From NCBI GenBank assembly GCA_014905635.1, contig CM026547.1, positions 62,001 through 126,000 of the forward strand: 64,000 nt of DNA. Direction: 5' to 3'. The stretch comes from Scenedesmus sp. PABB004. Lineage: Eukaryota. The number at the start of each line of letters is the position of its first letter. Position 1 is the stretch's first letter. The position numbers were made by a program, and so were the translations under genes. The notes below the pieces were generated by a model, which saw only the letters and a program-made list of their open reading frames with translations, ran no database searches and was not told the DNA's origin. Positions 12,599-23,723 of the stretch are shown in pieces.

Positions 12599-15500
12599 AT
12601 GCTGCGCGCCGGCCTGGCCGCGCTGGCGTGGCGCGGGCGCGCGCCGGCGGCGGCGGCGCTGCAGCAGCAGGCGGCGCGCTGCCTGGCCGCGGCCGCCGGC
12701 GGCGAGACAGCGGCGGGGGGCGCGCAGCCGCCGCGCGAGCAGCTGCGGTACGACCTCTGCATCGTGGGCGCGGGGCCAGCGGGGCTGACGGCGGCCATCC
12801 GCTTCAAGCAGGTGACGCCGCCGCGCGCCGACGAGGCCCCCGTGCGGCGGCCGTCCGGGCAGCGCGCGCCGCCGCCGCCTGACCGCGCCCGCCCGCCCCA
12901 CGCGCCGCGCAGCTGTGCGCGGAGGGCGAGAAGGACCTCAGCGTGTGCGTGCTCGAAAAGGGCTCGGAAGTCGGTGAGCGAGGCAGCCGCGCGGCGAGGG
13001 GCGCGCCGCGCCGGCGCCGGCGCCGCGGCGCCACGCACCGCGCCGCGCGCCGTGCAGGCGCGCACATCCTGAGCGGCAACGTCTTTGAGCCGACCGCGCT
13101 GGAGGAGCTGTACCCGGGCTGGCGCGCGAAGCAGGAGGCCGGCGAGGCGCCGTTTTCGGAGCTGCCGCTGCGGACGGGCGTCAGCGCCGACCGCTTCTAC
13201 ATGCTCACCCGCCGCGGCGCGTGGCGCCTGCCGGTGCCATCGCCGATGAAGGGCCGGGGCAAGAACTACGTGGCCAGCCTCAGGCGAGCGCAGGGCAGGG
13301 GCCGCGGAGCGCGCGCGCGCGCCCGCGCCGAGCACGGGGTGCCGCTGGCGCGCGCCCGCGCGGCCGGCGGCCGAGCCGCCGCCGCCGGTGCGCCGCCGCC
13401 GCCGCCGCAGCGAGCTTACGCGCTGGCTCGCGGCGCGGGCGGAGGAGGCCGGCGTGGACGTGTTCCCGGGCACGGCGGGGCGCGAGGTGCTGCACGACTG
13501 GCACAACGCGGTCGTGGGCGTGGCAACGGGCGACAAGGGCCGCGCGCGCGACGGCACGCCCAAGCCGGGCTTTGCGCCCGGCGTGGACGTGCTGGCCAAG
13601 CTCACGCTCTTCGCGGAGGGCGCGCGCGGCTCGCTCACGCAGGCGCGGCGCGGCGCCGGCGCGGTCGGGGTGGCCACTTCTGGCTCGCCGCGGGGGCTGC
13701 CGGCGACACCGCCGCCGCCGCCGCCGCTGCCGCCGCCGCCGCTGTGCCACTGCTGTGCCGCCGCCAGGGCTTGCTGTCCCACTATGGCCTGGTGGAGGCG
13801 GTGGGCGCGTGCCCGCAGACCTACGCGCTGGGCATCAAGGAGGTGTGGGAGGTGCCCGAGGCCGCGGCGCGGCCGGGGCTGGTGGTGCACACGGTCGGCT
13901 GGCCGCTCGACGCGGGGACCTACGGCGGCGGCTGGCTGTACCACATGGACGAGCGGTGAGGCGGCCTGGCGCTGTGTGGCTGTGGCTGTGTGTGTGTGTG
14001 GCTGTGTGTGTGTGTGGCTGTCTGGCGCTGTGTGGCTGTGTGTGTGGCTGTGTGAGAGAGAGCGCGTGTGCGAGCGGGCGTGGAGGCCTGCTGCGAGGCT
14101 GGGCGCGCGCCGACCGCCGGCCGCCGCCGCCGCGCGTGCCGCAGGCGCGTGTCGCTCGGCCTCGTGGTCGGCCTGGACTACTCGGACCCGGGGCTGAACC
14201 CTTACGAGGAGTTCCAGCAGTTCAAGCGCCACCCGCTCATCGCCGCGACGCTGGAGGGCGGGCGCTGCCTGCAGTACGGCGCGCGCACGCTCAACGAGGG
14301 TGCGCACCACGCGCGCCGCGCCGCGCCGCGCGCCCGGCCGCCCGCCCGCCCTCCGACGCGGGGGCGCTCGCCCGTGGGCGCACACCGCGCGCCTGCGCCC
14401 CACGCCGCGCCCCGCGCCGCGCGGCGCGCAGGCGGCGTGCAGTCCATCCCCAAGCTCGTCTTCCCCGGCGGCGCGCTCATCGGCTGCGCGGCGGGGTTCC
14501 TCAACGTGCCCAAGATCCGGGGCACCCACACCGCGATGAAGAGCGGCGCGCTGGCGGGCGAGGAGGCGTTCCGCGCGATCGTCCTCGCCGCGGAGCAGGG
14601 CAAGAAGGTGCGGGGGAGGGCGCGGCGCGCGGCGGCGTGCGGCGGCGGCGGCGGCGGCGGCGGCGGTTGAGAGCAGGCGCGCGCCGGGCGGCTGACGGCT
14701 GCGGCTGGCCGCGCCGGCGCGCGCAGGGCCCGCTGGTGCTGGACAACTATGCGGCGCGGCTGGAGGCGAGCTGGGTGCACGCGGAGCTCGAGCGCGGCCG
14801 CAACGTGCGGCCGGGCTTCAGGTGCGGCGCGCGCCCCGGGCGGCGGGGCCTGCAGGCACCCGTGCCAGGGCGCGCAGCACGGCGCTGACGCGTGCGCGCG
14901 GCGCCCGCCCGCCGCGCTGCGCCGCACGCAGCAAGTGGGGGCTGTGGGGCGGCCCTCGCCAACGCGGCGGTCACCACCTACCTCACGCGCGGCCGCGAGC
15001 CCTGGACGCTGCGGCACAGGTGCGGCGGCCGCGGCCTCCGCCGCCGCCAGGCCCGCCGCCGCCAGGCCCGCCGCCGCCCCGGCGGCCGCCGAGCTCTCAC
15101 GCCGCGCCCCGCTCGCGCGGCTTCGCTCGCGCGCAGACGGCCGGACCACGACGCGTTGCGCCTGGCGCGCGACTGCCCCGCGCGGGCCTACGCCAAGCCC
15201 GACGGCGTGACCACGTTTGACCTGCCCACCTCGCTCTACCGCTCCGGCACCAACCACGAGCACGACCAGCCGTGCCACCTGGTGCTGCGCAACCCGGGCC
15301 TGCCGGCGGTCGTCAACCTGCCGCACTATGGCGGCCCCGAGACGCGGTGCGCTGCGTGCACGCAAGGAGACGTGCCCTCAATGCGCGGCGGCCGCGCGGC
15401 CCGCCGCTGCCGCCCTCCTCACTGGCGCCGCCGCCGCGCCTGAAACCTGAACCCTGAACCCTGAACCCTGAACCCTGCCGGCTGCAGGTACTGCCCGGCC

Positions 15501-15665
15501 GGCGTGTACGAGTACGCGCCGGACGCGCTGAGCGGGCGGCCGGCGCTGCGCATCAACGCGCAGAACTGCCTGCACTGCAAGGCCTGCAGCATCAAGGACC
15601 CGCGGCAGAACATCGTGTGGAACGTGCCCGAGGGCGGCGGCGGGCCCAACTACACCATCATGTGA
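12599..15665 (+). CDS. ETFQO: Electron transfer flavoprotein:ubiquinone oxidoreductase, mitochondrial, 11 exons
   Basis: Mitochondrial-type presequence, [112 protein letters not shown], 4Fe-4S motif YCPAGVYE...[15 protein letters not shown] donors at 13284 and 13643. Apparent +1 frameshift near 14953. Confidence 0.96.
13973..14060 (+). repeat. (TG)n / (TGTGGC)n microsatellite in an ETFQO intron
   Basis: tgtgtggctgtggctgtgtgtgtgtgtggctg... read directly. Confidence 0.85.
15439..15477 (+). repeat. Telomere-like (CCCTGAA)n tract, i.e. TTCAGGG variant, about 5 units, in the last ETFQO intron
   Basis: cctgaaacctgaaccctgaaccctgaaccctgaaccctg read directly. Confidence 0.85.
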
Positions 15666-16141
15666 CCGCGGCGATCACGGCCGCTGGGCGCGCACTATGC
15701 TTGCGCGTCTCGGGCCGCCCTCGCCAGCGCGGCGCCGGCCGCGCGCCGGCGGTGAAGCGCTCGTGCCGGAGCCGGCGGCTCCCAGAGCCTGGCCGGGCGG
15801 CGAAAGCAGCCTGGCGACGGGCGGCGTGCCCACGCTGCGCGGCGGCAGCGCTCGGCGGCAGCGGCCGCCGCGGAGCTGTGGCGCGGCGGCCATTGGCGGA
15901 GGCGGACGCTCTGACGTGTCGGGCGGCGTCCGCGCGCACGTGCAGGCGTCCTACAGCTGCAAATCGGGTTGATCTTGAAGTAACGTGTCATGCTACGTGC
16001 CAACATGCTGGCGACAGCACGCTGCAGCTTGCACCAGCCGCGTGATCGCGCCAGTCTGGTTCCACAGGAGCTCACCGCGCCGGCCCGCCATCCGCAGCGC
16101 GCTCAATTGCCCGCGCCGACACCGCCCGCCCGCGCCGCGCC

Positions 16142-17195
16142 ATGGCGTCCACCATGCGCCTCACCGGCAGCGCCCAGGCAACCGCCAGCCGCAGCCTCGT
16201 GCCCGCGCGGCCCGCGGGCGCGTCGTTCGCCCGCCGCGCCGGCGCTCGCGCGCAGGCGCGCAGGCAGCCCGTGGGCGCCGTGGCGCCGCTGGCGCGGTCG
16301 CAGCAGGTCGCCCGCACCTCCCACGTCGTGTGCGTTGCCGCCCAGGAGGCGCCTGCGCAGCAGGAGACCGCCACCACGGTGAGGCGCCGGCCATCCCGTG
16401 CCGCCCGGCGCAGCCCGGGCGCGCAGGCCCAGATCTCGGGGCGCGTCGCACAGCAGTTGGCACGGGCCCGCCATGGCGGCGGGCGGCACAGCAAATGGGC
16501 GCCCCCGCCGGCCGCGCGCGCCGCCGCCGCGCGGACCCGCTGCTGCTGCTGCTGCCGCCGGCGCCGCGCGTGCGTGGCCGGCGCCGCTCACCCCGCGCCG
16601 CGCGCCGCGCCCGCACGCAGTGGTACGCGCTGGTGGCCAACGCCGAGTTCTTCTGCAACGACGTGCAGAACGAGCCGCTGGCGGAGCAGCTGCGCGAGCG
16701 CGTGCGGTGAGCGGCGCTGCGCGGGGCCCCGGCGGGGGGCCGCCAGCCGCCCACGCCTCCCAGCTCCCGCCCGCGCCTCCCCCCCTGCGCCGCACGCCCG
16801 TGCCGCACCTCACGCGCCGCCGCCTCCCGCGCCGCCGCCGCCGCCCGCGCCGCGCCCGCGCGCCGCCTGACGACAGGTACTTCCAGGAGCAGGGCCGGCC
16901 GACCGACTTTTACCTCGTGCCCAACCCCGCCTGGCTCGACGCGCGCTTCCCCGCCGAGGCCAAGCAGGTGCGCCGGCCGTGCATGGCGCTCGTGTCGACG
17001 GACAAGCAGTGGGTCACGTTCATGAAGCTGCGCCTCGACCGCGTGATGAAGCTGGAGCTGCCCGCCGACATGGCGCCCGCCGACATCACCGCGCCCGGGG
17101 AGGCGCTGCCGGAGTTCAAGAAGCCCGAGAAGTGGACCGCGCCGTACGCGATGTACGCGCCCAAGTGGTGGGAGAAGTTCTACGCCGGCGCGTGA
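16142..17195 (+). CDS. YCF54: Ycf54 (Mg-protoporphyrin IX monomethyl ester cyclase auxiliary protein), chloroplast, 3 exons
   Basis: Transit peptide followed by WYALVANAEFFCNDVQNEPLAEQLRERVRYFQEQGRPTDFYLVPNPAWLD...ALVSTDKQWVTFMKLRLDRV. Introns 16379-16620 and 16707-16876. Confidence 0.93.
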
Positions 17196-17642
17196 GCAGG
17201 CACGCCGGCGCGCGACGCGGCGCCGCGGCGCGACGCCGCCGGGGCGGGGCGGGGGCGGGGAGTTGGCGGCGGGGCGGGGGCAAGGGGACGCGTGGTGTGG
17301 GCGGGCATTCGATCACTGCAGTGCGCCGGCGGCGGGCCATACGCGCCGCCGCCGCCACGCTCAAGGGGCGCAGCGGCTGACCGACTGACGCATTGGGCTC
17401 TGTGTGCTTTGCGCTCGGCCGCGCGCCGGCGCGCAGGACTGCGGGCGGGCGGCTGTGACACACGGCGGCGCAGCGGCCCGCTGCCCGCGGCGAGCACGCG
17501 CTGTAGCCTCGCGTGGCCGGATCGGTTGCCGCACGCAACAGCCGCGCCGGCGCGGCTGTTGCTGGCGCGGCGCCGCGCCAGCAACTCTCGGGCAGCACAG
17601 CCACCACCAATTCAAGCGATGCCCAAGGGTTTAGGGTTGCGT

Positions 17643-20600
17643 TCACTCGTCCTCGTCGCCCTCCTCCGGCACCGGCGTGGCGCGCCGCGATCGAGACCGG
17701 GCACGTGCCGAGCGACGCGGCCCGGCGCCGCTGCCGCCCGCGCCGCCGCTGCCGCCCGCGCCCCTGCTCGCCGCCGTGCCGCTGGCCTCGCCCTCGCCGC
17801 CGCCGTCGGCGCCGGGCTGCTGGCGCAGGCGGCGCGCGGCGGCGCGTGTGGTGACGCGCCGCGAGGTCGTGTGCGCGAGGCTGGCCAGGCCTGCCGCGGC
17901 GGCCGCCGGGATGTCCTGCGCGGCGGCGCGCGGCGCGGAAGCACTCAGCGCGCCGGCGGCGGCGTGGGTGCGGCGCGGCGCGACACGGCCGCGCGGCGCT
18001 CCCCTCCCCGCGCGAGCGCCTCACCAGCGACGCGACCGTGGCGAGCGCCGCCGACGACTGCCGCACCAGCTCCCCCGCGCCCGCCAGCACGCCGCCGGGC
18101 GCCGCCGCCCCGTCCGCAGCCGCTCGGGCGTCGCCGTCGGCTGGCGGCGCCGCCGCCGGCGCGCCAAACACAAACAAGCCCTGCCCGTGCGGCAGCTGCC
18201 ACGCAGCGGGCGGCCCGTCCCCGGCCGGCTGCCACGCCGCGGCCGCGGCCGCGGCCTGGCCCTCGCGCACGGCCGGCCACAGCCGGCCGGCGCGGTCCTG
18301 CTGGGCGGCGCCGTCGCCGGCGCGCTCCGCCGCGGCCGCGCCCGCCGCGGCGGCCGCCGCGGCGCTCGCGGCCGCGCGCTGCCCCGCCTCGCGCAGCGCC
18401 GCGGCGGTGGTGGCGGCCCAGTCCTCGATCGCGCGCGCGAGGTCGCCGTTGTACACCAGGCTCACGCTCGCCATGTTGAGCGGCGAGCCGGGGTTCTTGG
18501 GGTCGGTGCTGCGACACGCGGGCGCGGGCGGCGGCGCGGGCGCGCCGGCGGCGGCGTCGGCGGCGTCGGCGGCGGCAGCGCGGGCCCCTGCCCGCGCGTC
18601 GCTCCCCGTCCCCCGCTCCCTGCCCCCCGCGCGCGCGTGGCGCGCCTGTTGTCTGCGAGCCACGTCGCGATGGCCTCGCGGTCGTAGCTGCTGGGCGTGA
18701 CGGTGCCGTCGTGCAGCAGCAGCGCGGGCGCGCGCATGATGGCCTGCGTGATGGGGCACAGGAAGCCGCGCGGCACCGCAGCGACCGGCAGCTCGTCCAC
18801 CTCGGCCGGGATGTCCAGCGGCCCCGGCCACGGCCCCGGCGCCGACACGGGCGCCTGGCGCCGCTTCGCGCCGCGCTGCGCGCGGCGGCGGCGGCGGCGA
18901 CGGGAGGGGCGGCGGGAGGCGCGGCGGCGACGGCGGTGAGGGGGGCGCGCACGCGGGGTGCCGCCGTGCCGCGCCACCGCGCCTCGTGCGCGCCGCGCAC
19001 GCGCTCTCTCACCGCCGCGCCGCGCGCCGCGAGCACCGCGCGCGGGTCGAGCACGAGGCCGCGCGCCTCGCGCCAGAGCAGCGCCGCGAGGCGGTACGCG
19101 TGCATAAGGCCGCGCAGCTCGTAGGCGCACAAGTCGAAGCTCAGCCACCACAGCCAGCCCGCGGCGGCGGGCGCCGCGCCGAGGCCTGCTGTTGCGGCCT
19201 TGACGAGCGCGACGTCAAACGCGACGTCCAGCGCCGCGTAGCCCTGCGCGCGGCGCCCGGGGGCGCATGCGCGAGCGCGTGAGTTCCAAGGGAGGGGGCG
19301 CGTGCTCGGGCGGGCGCGGCGGGCGCGGCGCGGCGCGCTGGCGGCGCGGCGCGCGCACCAGGCTCTGCCAGAGGCCCAGCAGCATGCCCAGGAGCGTGAG
19401 CCCCGCGCCCGTCGCGCGCGCGAGCGCGCCGTGCCCCGCCAGCAGCGCGAGGCGGTGCGCGACCTTGTAGGCAACGCAGAGCAGGTACAGCCAGTTGCGC
19501 AGCACCGCCAGCAGCACTGCGCCGGCGCCGGCGGCGGCGGCGGCGGGGAGGGGGAGGGGGATCAGGGGGGAGCGCCGCGCGAGCGGCGCGCCTGCGACCG
19601 CCACCGCGCCCGCTGCCGCCCGCGCCCGCCGCGGCGCGGCCTCGCTCACGTATCGCGTACACCACCAGCACCTCCCACTCAAACTCCAGCTCCAGCGGCG
19701 CCAGCGCGGCCAGCAGCGGCGACAGCGCGCCGAGGCCCGCGGTCGGCACGACCCGCGCACCCCACGCCGGCGCGCGCGCCGCGAGCGCGCGGCCGAGCGC
19801 CGCGCCGCGCGCGAGCAGGCGCGCCGCGGGGCCCGCCTGCGCCGCGGCCCCCGCCCTGCCGCCGCACTGGGGCTGCTGCGCAGGGGCGGGCGGGGCGCGC
19901 GCCGCGGCGCCGCGCCGCCGCGCTGGCGGCGGCAGCGGCCCCGGCACGACCGCAAACGTGCCGACCACGCGGCCGGGGTCGGCGCGGCGCGCGACGGCGC
20001 ACACGACCACGTCGGCGGGGCGCAGCGTCGTGCCGTTGACGGGCGCGCTGCACGTCGCGACCCAGCGCGACGGCCGGGCGGCGGCGCCGTCGGGCGTGAG
20101 CGCAGGCACGCCCGCCGCGAGCAGGGCGAGGCTGTCGCGCAGTCCCGGCGGCATCACGCGCCACGAGTCGGGCACCGCGAGCAGCCGGCCCGCCCAGAAG
20201 ACCGCCCAGGGGCTGCGCGCTGTGATGAGCAGCTCCTGCCACGCCGCCCAGCCATCGGCGGGGTGCGCCGCCATCAGCACCGCCGCGCTGCGCCAGAGCG
20301 AGAGCGGGCCCGCGGTAAACTCGCGCGCGGCCGTGTCGTAGCCCATGGCGCCCTGCAGCCGCGCCAGCAGGCGGCTGCTGGCGTAGACGGGCGACGCTGC
20401 GGCGGCGCGGGGCGGCGCGCCCGTGAGCGGGCGCACCGCGCCGCGCCGCGCAGCGCGCTGCCCGCCGCGGCGCCCCGCCGCCGCCGCCGCCGCTGCATTC
20501 TCACTCGAGCCCGCCCATGCGGGCGCGAAGACCGCCTCTGCGGTGGCCTCATCGTGCGCGGGGTACGGCACGCGGCGCAGCAGCTCGCCGCAGAGCGCGA

Positions 20601-20646
20601 GCAGCAGCAGCGCGCGCAGGCCGCGCATGACGACCACGCGGTCCAT
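17643..20646 (-). CDS. Multi-pass membrane protein with a C-terminal U-box (putative E3 ubiquitin ligase), about 7 exons
   Basis: U-box signature VPRGFLCPITQAIMRAPALL...SSYDREAIATWLADNSTDP...LVYNGDLARAIEDW, preceded by hydrophobic segments. Predicted introns: 20397-20504, 19517-19649, 19244-19358, 18876-19012, 18509-18645(GC), 17916-18024. Start codon uncertain. Confidence 0.72.
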
Positions 20647-21254
20647 GCCGGCTGCCGCTGCTGCTGGGTGCGGCGGCGGAGGGCGAGCGGGCGAGCGGGG
20701 TGGCGTCGGCGGCGGCGCGGCGCGCGGCAACAGCAGCAGCGGCGGCGCACCGCCCGCCCCGCGCGCGCCGCGCCGGCGCCGCCGGGCCCAACGGCGCCAC
20801 GCACCGCCACTCACGCGTCACTTAAGCCGCCTCAGGAGCACCGCCCGGCCCGCATGGCCGCGCCGGCCGCGACGGGGCGAGGGGCTCGGCGAATGCGCCA
20901 GCTCCCCGCACGCCCGCACGCCCGGGCCCGCGCCCTGACGCCTGGGCTGAGCGGCTGCGGGGACGATGTCTCGCCTCGGAGGCACGGCGATGAGAGTTCG
21001 CGGCGCGCGCAACCGCTGCGGGCGCCGACGCCGCTGCGCGCTGTTGGCGGCGAGCTGCGGGCGCTTCCGCTGGTGCCGCACGCGTCGGGGGACGCAACGC
21101 TGCTCTCGGGAACACGACGGCCAGCGTGTCACATGAGCGCGGCGCGACGCGCCGCGGCGACAGGCCGCAGCGGGCAGAACCCCGCGCGCTTGCTGGCAAA
21201 ACCCCCGCCCACGGCAGGCACAAAAATCGCGGTGGTCCCCCGCGCACGGCCGCC

Positions 21255-22101
21255 TCAGCCCCCTGCCGCCGGCGTGCGTGCGTAGGTGCGCCGGAAGCGC
21301 CCGTCCACGCCGACGAGGTGCACCGTGCCCGGCTCCAGGTCCGCCACGTCGCCAAAGCCCGGCGCCAGCGGCGCGGCGCCGTAGGCAGAGCGCAGCGAGG
21401 CCATGGCGGCGTCAAACTCGGCACCGCTGCGTCGCAGCCGGCCCGCGAGGCGCTGCGGCACGCGCAGCTGGCGGCGGCGCGCGCGGGCGGGGCGTGGCGC
21501 GGCGGGTCAGGGAGGCGGCCAAGCTCGTGCGCGCCGCTTGCAGGGCCCCAGCTGGCACGCCGGCGCACCGCGTCGGCCATGTGCTGCAGGCTGCAGGGGT
21601 GCCCGCGCCACGCGGCCGCCGCCGCCGCGCGCGGGTGCTGCGGCTGCGACGGCGGCTGCGCCGGCGGCCCGTCCTGCACGTCGCGCCCGCGCAGCACAAA
21701 CATGGCGGCCGCCACGCCAGAGCCAAAGCTGAAGCAGAGCAGCCGCCGCCCCGCCAGGCCCGCGCCCTCGGCCGCGAGCAGCCCCGCGAGGCCGCTGAAG
21801 AGCGACGCGGTGTAGAGGTTGCCGAGCTGCCGCTGCAGCGCCGCGCCCTGGCTCGCCTGCGCGCCGCGGCGGGGCGGAGGCGTCGGTGTGGGGGCCTCTG
21901 GCGCTGCGTCGTGCGGGGGCCGCCCCGCAGGCAGCGCACCATCGCTTGGAACAGCGGCCCGCTCGCTTCCAGCAGCGCGCGCTCCAGCGCCTTGTCGGCG
22001 ATGCTGCCGTCGCCCAGGGCGTCCGGGTCCAGCCCCGCGGCCGCGGCGGGCAGCGGCGGCAGCGGCGGGCGGTCGCGGCAGCGCGCCAGCGTCTGCTGCT
22101 G

Positions 22102-22135
<34 letters not shown>

Positions 22136-23425
22136 TGCTCCTGCTGCTCCTGCTGCTCCTGCTGCTGCTGCTGCAGCTGCTGCAGCTGCTGCTCCTGCTG
22201 CTGCTGCTGCTCCTGCTCCTGCTGCTGCTCCTGCTGCTGCTGCGGCTGCTGCTGCGGCTGCTGCTGCTGCTCCTGCTGAGCCCTGCAGCGGCACGCAGGG
22301 CGACGACGCGGCCGGCCGCGTGAGCGGTGGGCAGCAGGCGGCGCCCCACGCCCCGCGGCTCTCGCCCGCCTGCCCGCGCACCGCAGCATGTCGTGGAGCA
22401 CGAGGCGGGCAAAGACCTTGCGCACGAGCTTGCCGTACGGCGCGTGGCTGATGAAGTGGTCAAAGCGGCGCAGCAGCTGCAGACAGCCACGCGGCGCCCC
22501 GCCCGCCGCGTCGCCGCCCGGCGCGGCGGCGAGCTGGCGCGCGAGCGACGCCGCGCACGCGTCGGCGGCGCGCGTGAACCAGAGCAGCGTGGCGGGGCCG
22601 TCCACCACGGGGTAGAGCGGGTGTCCGTGGGGCTTGAAAAAGTCGTACGCGTGCGCCGCAAAGTGCGCGCGCGCGGGCCACGGCTCCAGCACGAGCGCCG
22701 CGCCGGGACCCACGAGCAGCGCCGCCGCGCCGCCGCCGCCCGTGGGGCGCGCGGGCGACCCCGGGGGGTAGACCTGCGGCCGCCGGCGAGAGAGCAAGGG
22801 GAGGGGAGGGAGGGGGGCTCAGCGGCCCGCTCGGGGCGCAGCCACGTGGCCGCCCGCCTGGCTCGCGCTCACCGCGATGTCCGTGGCCACGACCAGCGCC
22901 AGCCGCCCGTCCCACGACGGCCCCGCGACCCAGTCGGCCGCCGCGAGCAGCGCCGAGACGCCGCCGTAGCAGCCGTGCGTGTGGTCGGACACCGCCAGGC
23001 TCGTGTTGCCGCCGCCCTCAAAGTGGGCCGCCAGGAAGGACGCGACCGACTTGCTGCGGTCAACGCCCGTCTCGGTGCCGACCTCGATGCGCCCCACGTC
23101 GGCCGGCCGCACGCGGGCGGCCTCGAGGCAGCGCAGCGCCGCGGTCGCGGCCATCGAGACGACGTCTTCGCGGTCGCCGCAGAACGCGAGCGCCTCCTGG
23201 CCCAGGCCGGCGGTGTACTTGCCGGCGCAGCCGTCGGCCGCCTCCAGGTCGCTCTGCGCCACCTGCAGGCCCGCCGGCGCGCGTGGGCGCGCGGCGGCGC
23301 CGGCGCGGCAGCGCAGCTGCAGCCAGCGCGCAGCAGCGGCGCCGCCGCGCGGCGGCAGCGCGCCGCACCGACAGGCGGGGCCAGTAGACGTACAGCGCTC
23401 GTACGCCCACGTCAGCACGATCCAT
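21255..23425 (-). CDS. HMGS: Hydroxymethylglutaryl-CoA synthase-like protein with an internal polyQ/E tract, 6 exons
   Basis: DVGVRALYVYWP, GKYTAGLGQ, DREDVVSM, RIEVGTETGVDRSKS (catalytic Glu), HGCYGG (catalytic Cys), ARPTGGGGA, YDFFKP, YPVVDG, SHAPYGKLVRK (catalytic His), GNLYTASL, FSFGSG. Five GT-AG introns. Confidence 0.9.
22094..22278 (-). repeat. Interrupted (CAG/GAG)n trinucleotide repeat encoding about 60 aa of polyQ/E inside the HMGS-like CDS
   Basis: Plus strand (CTG/CTC)n; lies in frame directly after the acceptor at 22283. Confidence 0.9.
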
Positions 23426-23723
23426 GGCTCTTCCCACTGCCGCAGGCTGCCAGGGAGATCGGGGAGCGTGGCGCCGGGGCGTTGTTGGCCCGGCGCGCGC
23501 GCCTGGCACAGGCCGGCCCCACCGCGCACTCCCGGCGTGTGATACAGGTGTCGATCTAGCTCTGCGAGTGGCCGCGGAGTGTCAGGGCCGCGGTTCAGGC
23601 CCGGAACCGCGCGTCGCGCGACGCTGTCGAAAACGCCGCCGCACGCCGGAGCCCGCCACTGCGCCCAGCACCGCCCATTGGCGCGCCACTGCCGGCGCCC
23701 GCTGCCGAGCTCGACGCCAGGTC

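Noticed and set aside
21886..22323. Poly-Leu, poly-Cys or poly-Ala ORFs
   Set aside because: Alternative frames and antisense of the CAG repeat in the HMGS-like gene.
6397..23425. P450 + transporter + ETFQO + HMGS-like as a biosynthetic gene cluster
   Set aside because: Interspersed with unrelated housekeeping genes (YCF54, U-box) and no scaffold-forming enzyme; ordinary gene-dense neighbourhood is the simpler explanation.
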